From positions 817,609 through 881,608 of the forward strand of contig NW_003314326.1 of the NCBI RefSeq assembly GCF_000143415.4: 64,000 bases of DNA, written 5' to 3'. The position numbers and the translations under genes are program-made. Source of the stretch: Selaginella moellendorffii (lineage: Eukaryota; Plantae; Lycopodiophyta). This document shows positions 1 to 11,779 of this stretch, one piece after another (the stretch's first letter is position 1; the number at the start of each line of letters is the position of its first letter). Under the pieces are notes generated by a model. It searched no databases, was not told where the DNA came from, and saw only the letters and a program-made list of their open reading frames with translations.

Positions 1-1262
1 ATCACAAAATACTTGAATACTGAGGTAGAAGTGAACTTCACCCAAATCAATCATCTCAAACTCAGCAAAGAGCTTGGACTTGAGAGTGAGCAGCATAGCT
101 AGAGCATTAGCAGCCATTATGCAATTGTCAACATAAAGTGCGACAATCACAAACAGCTTGGCCACTAAATAGGGGTGCACATTTCCATCAGCAGCACCTT
201 TCGTGTAGCCAAGGGAGCAGAAGAAAGTATCAATCCGCTTATACCAAGCTTAAAGACTCTGTTTTAAGCCATAGAGGGTACACTTTAGTTTGCAAACTTG
301 ATGTTCCGTACCTAGCTCCACAAAGCCAATGTAGATGTCCTCCTCAAGTTTGTTGTTCAAAAAGGCTGTTTGCACATCCATTTGCTGAAGTTTGAGGTTC
401 CAAGCAGCTATAAGCGTCATGATCATGCAAATAAAAGCTAGCTTCATAACTAAAGAGTAAGTCTCTATGAAATCCAATCTAGCCACCTGAGTGAAACCTT
501 GTGCCACTTAACATGCCTTGAATTTCTTCATGCTCAAATATTAATTGTAAAAAACTGAGAACACACAATAGGTGTCAATCAAATGACCATCAGTTGGCAG
601 CTCTGTTTGATAAAGGTGCCCTTCTTCTCATGAGATTGCATCTTACTTTGCATAGCAAATAGCCACTTGTCTACATAAGGGCCAAAAAGTGCTTGCCATG
701 CATTATGAAGAATTGAAATTGGTTCAACTACAATAGTGTGAGCAACAAAGCTTGGTTTTATGTCACCTTCAATTAAAGAAGTCAAAAGACTCCAAAGCTT
801 CTAAAGCATGTTGCATTAGACAAAACACCCAATTAAAACACCACAAGGTTAAATGTGGTACCTCATTAGAAAGAGCTCCCACTGAAGCTACAATGACTCC
901 CACTAAAATTGAACCAAGGGTCAATGGTTGAGCACTCTAAAACTCTTCATTGCCTTCAAATAATAAAGCCAAGTCAAAGTTGATCCTATGATGTTGCAAG
1001 AAAAAGGGGCAGAATTGCAATAGGTGCAACCAGTGAAATAAGAGATGTAATTTTAACAATTAAATCTTCAAAGGTGGAGATGTTTCAAGTGCAAGTGTAC
1101 AGTCACAATAGAAATTAGTCTCATCAAAGATAATGTTTCTCCTCTTGTACAATTTTTTCTTCTCCAAAGAATAAAGTCAATATCCTTTAGAGAAATCACT
1201 ATAACCTAAGAAAATCATTTTTCTATCTTGCAAGTGAGCTTGTTTGGTCACTTCTCTTTTGG
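1..1262 (-). mobile_element. Degenerate Ty1/Copia fragment (post-integrase SH3/linker and start of RT)
   Basis: ORF 250..507 has RVT_2 motifs (AQGFTQ..DFIETYS, QMDVQTAFLN..LEEDIY, VCKLKCTLYGLKQS). Bases ~820-1260 are the reverse complement of 51340-51780 (KCIFLGYS-type motif). Stops and frameshifts present. Confidence 0.9.
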
Positions 1263-1279
1263 GTTAAATCCGATTAGGG

Positions 1280-1740
1280 TTTGATCCCAGCAAGAATGTG
1301 TTCGTGGAGCCTGCGGAGAGTATTCAGCAGCTGTTCACATATTTCGAGCGCCTGGAGAGAGTCTTGAACCAGCAGCAACGCCGGGAGAGGCCTGTGAGGC
1401 TGTTGCTCATAGATTCTGTAGCAGCATCGTTTCGGTCCGAGCTTGACAACAACAGGACGGAAATGGTGATTAGGTCTAGAAGCCTGTTCCAGTTATCTGC
1501 GAAGCTGAAGAAGCTTATGACGTCGCGGTTTTGGTAACCAATCAGGTCATGGACTGCGTGGATGGTTCGAAAGGAATTCAGATCGGTAATCTCTTGGAGC
1601 TTGTATCGTCTGGGCGAAGAATAGCTCCTGCTCTGGGGCTTTCGTGGGCTCACTGCATAAACACTCGGCTTTTCCTGTCAAGGAGAGATGAGCCCTCATC
1701 CGAGAAGTTGATCGAAGCCCCGGTCAAGCGTCAGAAAGTA
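1280..1740 (+). pseudogene. XRCC3: XRCC3-like (RAD51 paralog) C-terminal fragment
   Basis: RPVRLLLIDSVAASFRSE, VLVTNQVMD and APALGLSWAHCINTRLFLSR. 5' part missing; frameshift near 1520. Confidence 0.85.
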
Positions 1741-1905
1741 GTAAATGACGAAGGCATGAAACAAGCTACGGCCTCCATCAACGAATTCCAACCGCAGTGT
1801 GTGAGAAATGCCGCAACAGAGTCATGTTGAAGCTCCTTCATTTGAGGGGCCCATGAGACAATCTTTCCACGGTCGCTCTGCTTCAACAATTTGAGGATTT
1901 CATCA
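1741..1905 (-). pseudogene. UDP-glycosyltransferase PSPG-box fragment
   Basis: [36 protein letters not shown] is a plant UGT PSPG motif; only ~55 codons are present. Confidence 0.9.
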
Positions 1906-1944
1906 CTCTTATCATCTGTTTCAACCAGATTAGGCCGGAATGGG

Positions 1945-2258
1945 AACCGTGGCTTTGTGCCAGATTGGAAATCTTGCGCCGCTAGCTCACTCATACTGGA
2001 ACGAAGTTGGCGTAGTCATGGCATTGAAGGAGATATGCCGTGAGCAGAATATATAAAGGAAGGCTAAAAAAATTTATACGTTTCACTTTGTGGCCTGGGC
2101 GATCATATTGCTCAGCGAACTCGCTTGCTCTTTCGCGTTCTCTACCAGAGTGTCCTACAGAAAAGAGTTTTGAAATATCAGGACTATACCTGAAAAGAAA
2201 CTGTTCAGTCGAACCTGAGCCGAGATGACGCGAGACACGGACTTTTTGCTCGATTCCT
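1945..2258 (-). pseudogene. 3' fragment of AP-1 sigma gene (last exons and 3' UTR)
   Basis: Near-identical to 53477-53815 ([14 protein letters not shown] / [23 protein letters not shown]), with a small deletion in the last intron. Confidence 0.9.
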
Positions 2259-2274
2259 GTTTCCTCTTTTATAA

Positions 2275-3048
2275 ACCCTTGTGAACACACAGATTCCGAT
2301 TTGCAGTTATCAAATGGAGACATCATCCTCTGCGTCCCAATTAAAAATCAACTGTCTCTAAGAAACCAGACACTGCAGCTTCTGGTAAGTTGTCCAACAT
2401 GGATGAAAACTAATGATTTCTCGTCTAGCCTGCTCAAATGATGAGCAAAAAAGAGCACAATGGATCAGAAAATTCCGGGTCAGCTGTTTGGTTTAGAAGT
2501 TGGATCGTGCAAGGAAAACACAATACCGGTGTTGCACACTTCGAATACCATAGCCGCAAGATTTGATTCTGTGAGGAAGCTAACCAAAAAACATTCCTCT
2601 GGAAAAAATCGAGTGCCATTGGCTGATGAAGAACCTGGCGTAGAAACTCACGAGGTACTACAGTAATCTAGCAGGATCTGATCAAAACTCTCAAGAGTTG
2701 ACAATACTTTGCATGATCACGACAGCATGGCTACAACCAGTTGAACGGCAACTTCCAAGGGATGGAAACATCTATAAATGTTTGGGAGCCATACGTGGAA
2801 CAAACTTCCGAGTTCAGTCTGTCGCAGTTGTGGATTATCTCAAACAAATTAGGCCCAGTGAACACAGTTGAAGCAGGATGGCAGGTGTGTTGAAATTTAG
2901 ATGTTTCTATACTGAACCTTGCTTGAAGGTTTATCCTAATTACTATGGAGGAACTGGGCCTCGACTCTTTGTCTACTGGACGGTAAATCAGATTGGTAAT
3001 AAAACCTTTTATAAGCGTTGTCAATGGCAGGCTGATGGCTACAGAAAT
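2275..3048 (+). pseudogene. Neprosin (DUF239) prolyl-endoprotease-like gene, 5' half, interrupted
   Basis: Spliced reading NGDIILCVPIKNQ..., GSCKENTIPV..., INVWEPYVEQTSEFSLSQLWI...VEAGWQ|VYPNYYGGTGPRLFVYWT|ADGYRN. Breaks at 3048 and resumes at 14934. Confidence 0.9.
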
Positions 3049-3080
3049 CAAGAAACTGGGAAAAATATCACAAGCAATCT

Positions 3081-3430
3081 AAGTGTGAGGCCTCATGCTA
3101 GTAATTTCCATTAACACATTGTGATTGGACTCATGCTTAAGGATTAGCATGAGGCCTTATGCTAAAGTGCTAAAAAGATTTTGGTTTGTCTAGTTTCTTG
3201 ATGGTAATCTTGCTCAAATGTCTGTCCATGGGACAAGTAATATTATTATCAAGGAATTGGCAAACACACCCCATCCATTCCTAAGTGTGAGGCCTTATGC
3301 TAATAACCTCCTATAGAATTACCTCCACTACCCCTTTCATACACCCCATCCATTCTTGAGTCCTCATGCTATTAACCTCCTATAGAATTACTTCCATTAC
3401 CCCTTTCACTTAGCATGAGGCCTCACACTA
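3081..3430. repeat. Cluster of ~20-bp palindromic motifs TAG(CA/TG)TGAGGCCTCA(CA/TG)CTA
   Basis: Copies at 3081, 3145, 3283 and 3411, with partial copies near 3121 and 3355. Same motif at 14761 and 14847. Confidence 0.85.
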
Positions 3431-4147
3431 GGATCCATTCTCTCCCATTTCAAAAATATTTTAAGTAATTCTAATAAGTTCTTGCCCAGCAATCTAAAAT
3501 ACTTCTACATGAGTCCATCATAGTGAAAAGAGGCTGCAACTCCACACAACCACAAAAGTGGACATTAGAGATACAAGATGATGATCTAGTGTTGGTGGAT
3601 CTTACCAACCCAAACAGTTCAATAGTCTATGGGATTGTCATCAAAGAAGAGGAAATTCCTAACAAAGACATGAACAGGGAAGGAAGGCCATTTATACGGA
3701 GCTTCAAAAGACATTCATTAGGAATATTGTTCAAAACTCAAAGTTTATTCCATCAACTACAATATAGTCTGTAGAGAAGGAATTGATATAACCATCACTG
3801 CTTATGGAATCCTCAAGGACAGACTAACCTTGTACAATCACTATGGACAAGGATGGTTAGATATTTGTCGAAAGGATAGGCAAGGAAACAACAAAAAATC
3901 CAACAGTTAAATTCATTGTTATGTCTAGGCGGCACTTGACAAAAGCAATGCAAAAGATCTCTTCTGATCTAATATACATGAAGAAGATGCAGGCAAAATT
4001 CTCAATATAATACTTCTAAATCATGAAGGGGTTAACACCACAGGATACCATTATTGAGATATCCAATCTTGTGAACACAAAGGCAAAGAACCAGCACAAG
4101 AGTAGCCTCAATGACAAGCTTGTACATAGTCGCCACAACTAGGAGAG

Positions 4148-6035
4148 TGTAAGTGACTAATTTTTCCATTCTACTTTAATTATTTAACCACACCTTCGAC
4201 CACTTGGAAAAGTCTTATTCACAACCTCCATAAGTCTAATTCAAGATTTGGGATTTGCTAGCCTCGAGAATGGCATCCATGCCGCTCAACCTTTGGACTT
4301 GGTCCAAGTGCTCCACATGTCCAGTCCCATGATCAACACCCCAAGGTACCACCGACATACTAGCCCGTTACACTAAGGCCATGTCTATTCACCTTGATCA
4401 CACTGGTGGTCCAACACTACTTGCATCGCAGTCTTGTCTCTCAAAGACTAGGCCATCTGTCCATGAAAGACCATCTAAGATCCATTCCCTAGTATCCTTA
4501 AGATGCCCATAGACATGGGGAACAACCTTCCTCAATATCCCTTTTACAGTGCCCACCAAATCCCTTTTCTGTCCATGGCTGTGTTCGCTAACACTGCCAC
4601 TGGAACAAGGCCCACAGGCTCGACCACTAAGTCCCACTATCCTTTAGGACTTCCTCACCACATGACCATATCCTTGGTCACTACACTAGAGGACCACTCC
4701 TCTTTCTTTCCATAGTCTGGGACTTTGGGACAATATTTTGGAACATCATGGCCCTATGCAAGCCTTATAGGTACTCTTCTACCTTCTGCCTTTGGGTGCT
4801 ATAGCTATGGGCTTAGAGTGAGGTTCTGTTGAGCCACACTAGATATCCAAGTAGGTAGTGCCACCCACGCTTGGATTAGGAGCATCAACCATTCAATCTC
4901 CCGGAGGAACTAGAGCTGGCTCTTGAACACTTTACCAAATTACCCCACTTATCAATTTGTATTCACTCTAGTTTTGGACTTCCCAATGGTTATCTCATCA
5001 CCCAATAGCTGGGCATGGCCTTCTTGGGCCAAACTGGCTCCACTGAGGTCTAACCCCCACACTCTCCCTATTATACTTTTGGAATCCCCCACACCCCCCA
5101 CACCCCCCACACCCCCCCCTTGGGGGACGATTGCTTTGGGCTTTCACCCAACAGCCTGTATTAGTATTCGGACCTGGACTTGGACTCGGACTCGGTCTCA
5201 ATCTCAGATTCAGACTCGAACTTGGTCTCGATCTCGGTCTCGGTCTCGGTTCCATCTCCGCTTCCATCTCGGGTCCATCCGGACTCTATCTCGACTCCAT
5301 CTCGGACACCATCTCGGGTCCATCTCGGACTCCATCTTGGGTCCATCTCGGACACCATCTCGGATCCATCTCGGACTCCATCTTGGGTCCATCTCGGGTC
5401 CATCTCAGACTCTATCTCAAACTCCATTTTGGGTCTATCTTGGACTCCATCTTAGGTCCATCTCGGGCTTCTTCTTGGACACTTCCATATGTCATGTGTT
5501 GGTCCTCTTGTGTCCCTTTTCTAGAGACTCACTTATTGCTCACTTCATGCTTGTTCCTTAAGCACTTCGTTGGGAGTTCCATTCCCACTCTCGACCTTTT
5601 AAGTTGGAGCTTTTAGTCCAAACATGTTACGCTTATTTAGCTCTTGCTTCAGCCACTCACGTGGCACCCTTTTGGCTCCACTTTGGGGCTTAGGGATTTG
5701 TGTCTCACAACTCCACCACCCATAGATGAATTTCGATGTCCTCATCGAACAATAAATTATTTTATAAAATAATACTAGTATGTATTGCTCTTTTCATCCT
5801 TAGCACCTAGCCAATATTCGTCAATCGTTTGACATCGAAGGCTCATCATGCCTTGTTCCAAGAAACATAATCTCTCTAACATAAAGACTCGATCGACTAC
5901 CTGTGGTAGTTCTCTCCCTTTTATTGGTTTAGTTCTTGCTAAACCTGTTTAAGACTTTTCTTCTATCTCAATCCCACTACTTATTCTCGAGTAGTCTCAA
6001 CTTCTATTGATATAACCATTCCACTTCAGAACTTT
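4148..6035 (-). mobile_element. Truncated copy of the LTR element at 43413-51253 (one LTR, PPT and ~330 bp of internal region)
   Basis: TGTAAGTGACTAATTTTTCC at 4148 to TGTCTCACA at 5709, followed by ACTCCACCACCC (minus-strand PPT) and sequence matching 45460-45795. Confidence 0.9.
5168..5470. repeat. LTR-internal minisatellite (CTCGGA/CTCGGT hexamers; CCATCTCGGACT/CCATCTCGGGT 11-12-mers)
   Basis: Tandem units visible directly; expanded versions at 44687-45228 and 50577-51020. Confidence 0.95.
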
Positions 6036-6479
6036 TAACAAAAATTCAATAGTCAAAAGGGAAACTTTGTTACATCCATAGACGTAATTTAATATGCCAA
6101 CTATAAGAGCAAGAAATCTAAAAGATATCAATCAAGTGAAGTACCTACATGGCTGCTTGTAAATAATCAAATAAAAGAGAAGGAAATGTTTTAAGAGAGA
6201 CACCTAAGCTCAGGCTAAATACATATATATGGATTTACTATATATGACTATACATGAATTTAAAATAACTGACATAATAATAATTATGACTTTTTAAACT
6301 AAATTTCTTAAATAAACTTAAATATGGATTGTTGTGCACTCAATGTCGTCAACACATTATCTATGCCGTTTCCCTTACTGTCACCAATAGAGAATCCAGT
6401 CAGGAAAACCAGAATCGTAAGACTCGCTTTGTATCAAAGTCGCACCTGGAAAGCCTCCTTTACCACTAAATACTGGTGA

Positions 6480-9149
6480 TCACATCTCTCTCGTACACTT
6501 TTTGATATGCCTTACAGCTGCAATCTGCTCAATCATACCAAAATTGGAGCCGATAATAACACTTGAGGCATATATATCCATCGGATTAGACTTTTGATAT
6601 GAGAGAGCTGATGAATTGTCCTTGTCCGAGAAAAATACATATCCAAAGTTCGTTCGAGCATACTCTACAAAAAACAAAAATTAAAAATAAACGAAAAATG
6701 TATAACATATGGACTTACTTTCATCGCCAGGCTGCTCATTGTCCTTGATAGCAATCAGTCTTCGGACGTCACTCTTAAGATTTCGAACGACTTCCGACCA
6801 ATCCGCAATGGCTGGCTTAAGAGGGTCTCCAGAGCACTTGCTTTGGATGTACAAAAGAAATGGCTCCAAATCAATGCCTTTTACTTCCTCGAGTATCAGG
6901 AAGGTATTAGCCCCGCTGTTCCGAGGTCCACAGATGGCCCAAGTCCCTGACCTTTGAACCTCCTCCTTTGAGCCTGGACTACTGTGTTTGATCCGAAACC
7001 AAAAAACTAAAAACAAGAACATACCTGGACTCAGTTGCTTGATTGAAACTGGAAAAGTGGGGAACCTGAACTTTCGGTTCTTCAGATTGTCAGGGATGTA
7101 CCAATCGCAAGGCAACACATCCGCCAGCATGAAGGTGTCTGAACCCCCCGATAGTAACTGCAAATAACATGTTAGTAACCGAGACTATGAAAGACTATGA
7201 ACGTAGAATTCACATACCTTATGAATGTAGATGCTGAAGATCAGAGACAACAAATCGTTGTCTTCCTTCTGCTTCCAATCATCCGTTGACATTGTTGTCA
7301 AATCAAAAGTTGTAGAGCCAAAAAGGTCCTCCCGCTGGAGTGTTAGCTTATGCAGTAACACAGGTGAAAACTCCACCAGAGCCTTTTCTTCGTCAAGAAC
7401 CACAGCCACTACTCCACAACTCTCCAGAGCTTCCCATGTCAAAACATTCTCTCTTGGAAAGGCCTGCAGCAGAACCGGTCCATTCCTTGAGACATGCTCA
7501 CGAAGCATCGATGCTTGAATTGCTCGTAAGAGATAAGAAAATCTCTCATCCCCGGCAAAGCCATTGTAATACTTGAATCTTCTGCATAGGCTCCACACAC
7601 GATCCAGAATCCGCCTTACTTTGTCTCTCAGGAAGGGCTCCTGAATTCTCAGCGCAAGGTTGTCAATGTCAAGGGCCATGTCTGGGTCATCTGAAGCCAA
7701 AGCCTGAACCATGAAGGTAATCAACCTCGGATTCCCTCCGCTCAGCTTGCACAACAGCTGCATGCCATCATTTAAAGCGTGAAGTTCTTCATGGTTTGAA
7801 GTCCTCAGCACCTTGTTAAAGACTTGCAACACCAGCTTCTCCCGATCGCTGCTGCTGAGAGGGTTGACAGGAATATAAATCACTTCAGATGATCCACTGT
7901 CACCGCTCTCTCTCAAAGATGCCGCTGTGAAAAGGTTGGTCGCTCCGAGCATAGTGACAAACGTTTTGCCACCCACGTTCCTGTACTTCCAAACTATGAA
8001 CTGCCGAAACAGTTTCTGAACAAGGACGTTGCTCCTCCCAATCTCATCAAAGAAGAACGACAGGAAAATGTTTTGGTCTCCGAGCTCGCAGACTTCTCGC
8101 AACAAAGCTATCACGTCATCAAACAGGAGGAACTTCTTCAAATCAGGTGCTTGGGCATCAACAACAGCGACAAGCTCTTGGTAAGGAAAGCGCGTCCAAG
8201 TCCCAGTATCTTTTCTGATGTCATCTTGGCCATCTGCTCTAGAAACAGCTGCATGCAAAGTCCTCAGGGCCAAAACCTGAGCATCACCCAGCCCGGCCTC
8301 GCCATGAAAAGTTGAAATAAAATCATGGTACATGAGCACGTCGAGATGTTCAACGGTGCTCATCATGGCATCCCACGGTCGCACCTCATCGGTTGATGTA
8401 TCGAAAAGTGAGGCAAGTTCTTGAATCCTTAGCCCTGGATCACTCCGTTGCCTTCTCATCTCAATGAGTATTTGTGGGAGTGCCTTGCCAAGGGATGTTT
8501 TTCCCGCACCCGGGAATCCAACCACACCCATTATATGGTGGAGGCGCCTAAACACATCCCAGTCTGTGTGTTGACTGCTCATGAATTGCTTGTACAACAG
8601 CCAGTTACCCCTGAGCAAAGCATCCACAGTCTTCTCTCGTCCAACAATGGGAAACTGCTGCCCGATGTCCTTCAGAGACAAGCCAGTTGGCAAAGAAGAT
8701 AATGAATCCCTTTCAAGGCATTTTCTGTACATGCGGGCATGCTTAAGACGAGGTCCAAAGAGCTCCTTCAGCTTGGCAATCCGATCACGGGCGTTTGACC
8801 AAACAACTCCACTAGAGGGAATGAGCTGCTGACGGAGCTGCTTCTCCTTCTCCATCCAGTGCTTCTGAAGCTCACGGAGCTGCTTCTCCTTCTCCATCCA
8901 GTGCTTCTCCTTCTCCATCCAGTGCTTCTGAAGCTCACCCTGCGTGGAATCCACCTTCTGGTCAGCGCGCTCCACCTTCTGCTCAACCTGCTCAATCGCT
9001 TGTTGCACGGCCCTGATCTCCGATTCCACTTCCTCAATCTGCTGCTGAATCGATCGCTCAGGCCCATCCGCCCTTTGCCGCTTCCCAGCCCTGATGTCTG
9101 ATTCCAATTCTTCCCCATCCGCCCTTGGCTGAGACTGCTCTCGCACCAT
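6480..9149 (-). CDS. Crinkler/CR-effector-like protein: coiled-coil header + P-loop NTPase + PD-(D/E)xK-like REase (~834 aa, 4 exons)
   Basis: Exons 9149-7218, 7157-7025, 6973-6719 and 6664-6480 with GT-AG introns of 60, 51 and 54 bp give 2505 nt in frame. Start context CCGCCATGG. Motifs: IVGREK, Walker A GFPGAGKT, Walker B SFFFDE, SGGNPRLI, then NSGANTF...LYIQSK...YVFFSDK. Confidence 0.75.
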
Positions 9150-9388
9150 GGCGGAACCCTAACCTAGGTACTCTGATTTTTAGGGTTCTAGCCGTAGAAT
9201 GGGACATTGTGCGAGGCGAGCTTCGACTGCATTCGATGTGAGGTTGGTAGAAAACACCTGAAACTGGCACTGAGGTATGTTCAGCTGAATCTGTGAAATG
9301 GTGTAGACTTTACTGAGTTTACCTGCATTCGGGCAGGTAAACTGGAGTAGGTTCACGTAGAAAAGAACTAATGTTGACTACTCATTCA

Positions 9389-10945
9389 GAGCGGCAGTGA
9401 GTATATGGCAGGACAGCTTCAGGCTTATGGCCATCTCGGACTCTCCTCAGAGAGCTGATCTTTGGCTGATCAACACGTAAGTTCAGTATCAGAAGGAAGA
9501 ATCTTAAGCTGGATCAATTGTTGCTGCTGTTTTATTCGCAGGTGTACTGTGAAAGCTCCGACAATGGAAACACTGATACGTAAAGGCAAAGCAGCCTCTA
9601 TTCCCTTGGTGGATAGCTGGATGCGTTCCTCAGGGTTTAAAAGATCTCGAAGCTGTCAGCGTCATCGGAGTGCAGCAAATACAGCGGGGGAGACTTTGAA
9701 AGGCCACGAGGCCCGGCTGCTTCGACGGGATGCTTTGCCGTCTCTTGATTTGCCAAAAGTTTATAATCTCTTTTGCTGTTGTGTTTTCAGGTTCGTAAGA
9801 ACAAGTTTGTCGAGATCATTCCTATCAACGTTGGCTGCTTGGGTGCTTGCACATACTGCAAGACGAAGCATGCTCGCGGGCATCTTGGCAGCTACACAGT
9901 AGACACACTAGTAAGGACCTTCGCCAGTTTCTTTTCTCTGTTACTGAGCTTTATCTACAGGTGCAAAGATTGAAAACCGTGGTGTCTGAAGGTGTGAAGG
10001 AGATATGGCGACACTGGAGCTTACGGTTATGGTTATCTGTTTCAAGCTAGCATTTTTTATTTACTTTTTTCTTTCTTTGCACTACAGGACGAGACATTGG
10101 AGCAAATATACCAGCGCTTCTACGTGCTTTAGTTGCCGCGCTTCCTCATAGACAGAAGTACAATGCTCCGAATCTACATCTTACAGCATCTGGAGGAAAT
10201 GGCTGTCACCCCTGCGTGTATTCGTTCCTTCATGTTCTGGTTCAATCTGGAAGGGACTCGGTGTTGGAGGTACCGATGTTCTGGGTGATTGTTTTGTCTC
10301 TGTAAGCTGTTTTCTGTGTTCTTCAGGGCATGAAGAGGGAGTACACGTTTTCCGAGTTTAGAAAAATTGTGGATACTCTCACAAGACTAGTCCCGGAGAT
10401 TCATATCGCTACAGATATTATCTGTGGATTTCCAGGTACACTCGCATGCATGAAAAAGATTGTATCTTATTGAGCTTTTATCCTTGTCAGGAGAAACATC
10501 AGAGGATTTTGACAGGATCATGGAACTAATACGAGAGTACACGTTCCCACAGGTCCACATATCACAGTTTTACCCTCGACCAGGTAGGTAATCTCTGTAC
10601 ATGCTACTGAATGGTTCTCTCTGTCACTAGTGTTTATCCTGTCAATATCCTTAGACAGGAACACCGGCGGCTCTAATGAAACGGGTTCCAACGCTCGAAG
10701 TGAAGAAACGAAGCCGTTCCTTGACAAGTCTGTTCGAATCATTCACTCCTTACGCAGGAATGGAGGTAAAACGTACCAAGTCTGGGTCACCAACACTGCT
10801 GCTGATGGAATTCATCTGGTATTCTTTCTTTTGTTCTACGTCTCTGCAGGTTGGCCTGAGCTGTACCGGGCCTTCTTGGAAGCAAGTTAATGTGAAGATT
10901 ACGTCTGTCGGAATATGGTCTGTGACTGGCGAGTGGCGAACCAGA
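9389..10945 (+). pseudogene. CDKAL1: tRNA t6A methylthiotransferase (CDKAL1/MtaB-type radical SAM) pseudogene fragment, multi-exon
   Basis: SEYMAGQL, ADLWLINT|[39 protein letters not shown] (CxxxCxxC), [11 protein letters not shown]|ETSEDF and [10 protein letters not shown]. Lacks the 5' exon; several deletions and frameshifts. Confidence 0.9.
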
Positions 10946-11779
10946 TTCCACTCCTGGAGACGATGCTGAGAAAGTCGGATGCGAGCAGCGGTAAGGAATG
11001 CGATCCTCGGGGAGTTCCTGAGAAAGAGATCCCGAGTCCGGGCATCACATTTTCGTTTGTTGAAATTCACCAGGATCAGACTTATCTTCATCAAGACAAG
11101 TTTGCAAGCACTGGTACGCTCTGTGTTCATCAGACTGTCTGTGGGAGAAATTCGTCGGCTCAGGTCAAGCCAACTTACCAAGGTACGTGCCTCCTGACTA
11201 TACTATTTTCTGGAAATTTTGTTTTCCTTGCTTAAACGTTGAATTTTGCAGATGGCTGGTGCATAAGCACAGCACGCTACTGTTGTCTCGAAGCACTCGC
11301 GTTTTATATTTCACGAACAGATACACGTTTCTGATTCAAGCCTTGGATGCATGGTGGGAATACGGGATTTACAGCTCTTCTAAGCTGTGTCCTCTTATAT
11401 GAGAGCTTACGACTTCTGCCAAAGCTTCACGGCAGATTGAATCTGTACGACCTGGAAGGTGTGTGTTTGGATGACGGAGTCACTGAGATGAAAATCTGGA
11501 AGGTGCTGCGTGACCTCTGACAGCGTTATATCTCATGGGTGAAAGTTTGCCTTCACTGCTCGGACCTGAATTATGCAGTCCGACTCAAGAGAGTCCGGTA
11601 AGTGGCATTCCCGCTGGCTGTTGGATCCTCCACCGTTGGATCGTACAGATCTAACAGCTCAAACGCTCAGCCTTTGAGTTGCCAGAAATTTCTAAGTCCT
11701 AGCACTTGGTTTTTGGCAATGGAGAGGAAGGTAAGTGAGCATGGCAGCTATTTCGCAATGACAGCAGGGAATCTGGGAT

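Noticed and set aside
3081-3430. Palindromic repeats with intervening sequence resembling a CRISPR array
   Set aside because: Spacing is irregular, the spacers are partly duplicated, the context is eukaryotic and no cas genes are present.
4148-5709. Solo LTR
   Set aside because: It is followed by the PPT and ~330 bp of internal sequence, with no matching TSD, so it is a truncated element.
7185-9149. CC-NB-LRR resistance gene
   Set aside because: No LRR, and the NB-ARC motifs (LDDVW, GLPLA, MHD) are absent; the C-terminus looks REase-like.
9389-10945. Bacterial MiaB/MtaB horizontal transfer
   Set aside because: It has spliceosomal introns and eukaryotic CDKAL1-type motifs.
10945-11600. Possible further gene fragments (also 40680-42050, 61070-61750 and 62540-63100)
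   Set aside because: Exon-like, but no family could be recognised by eye.
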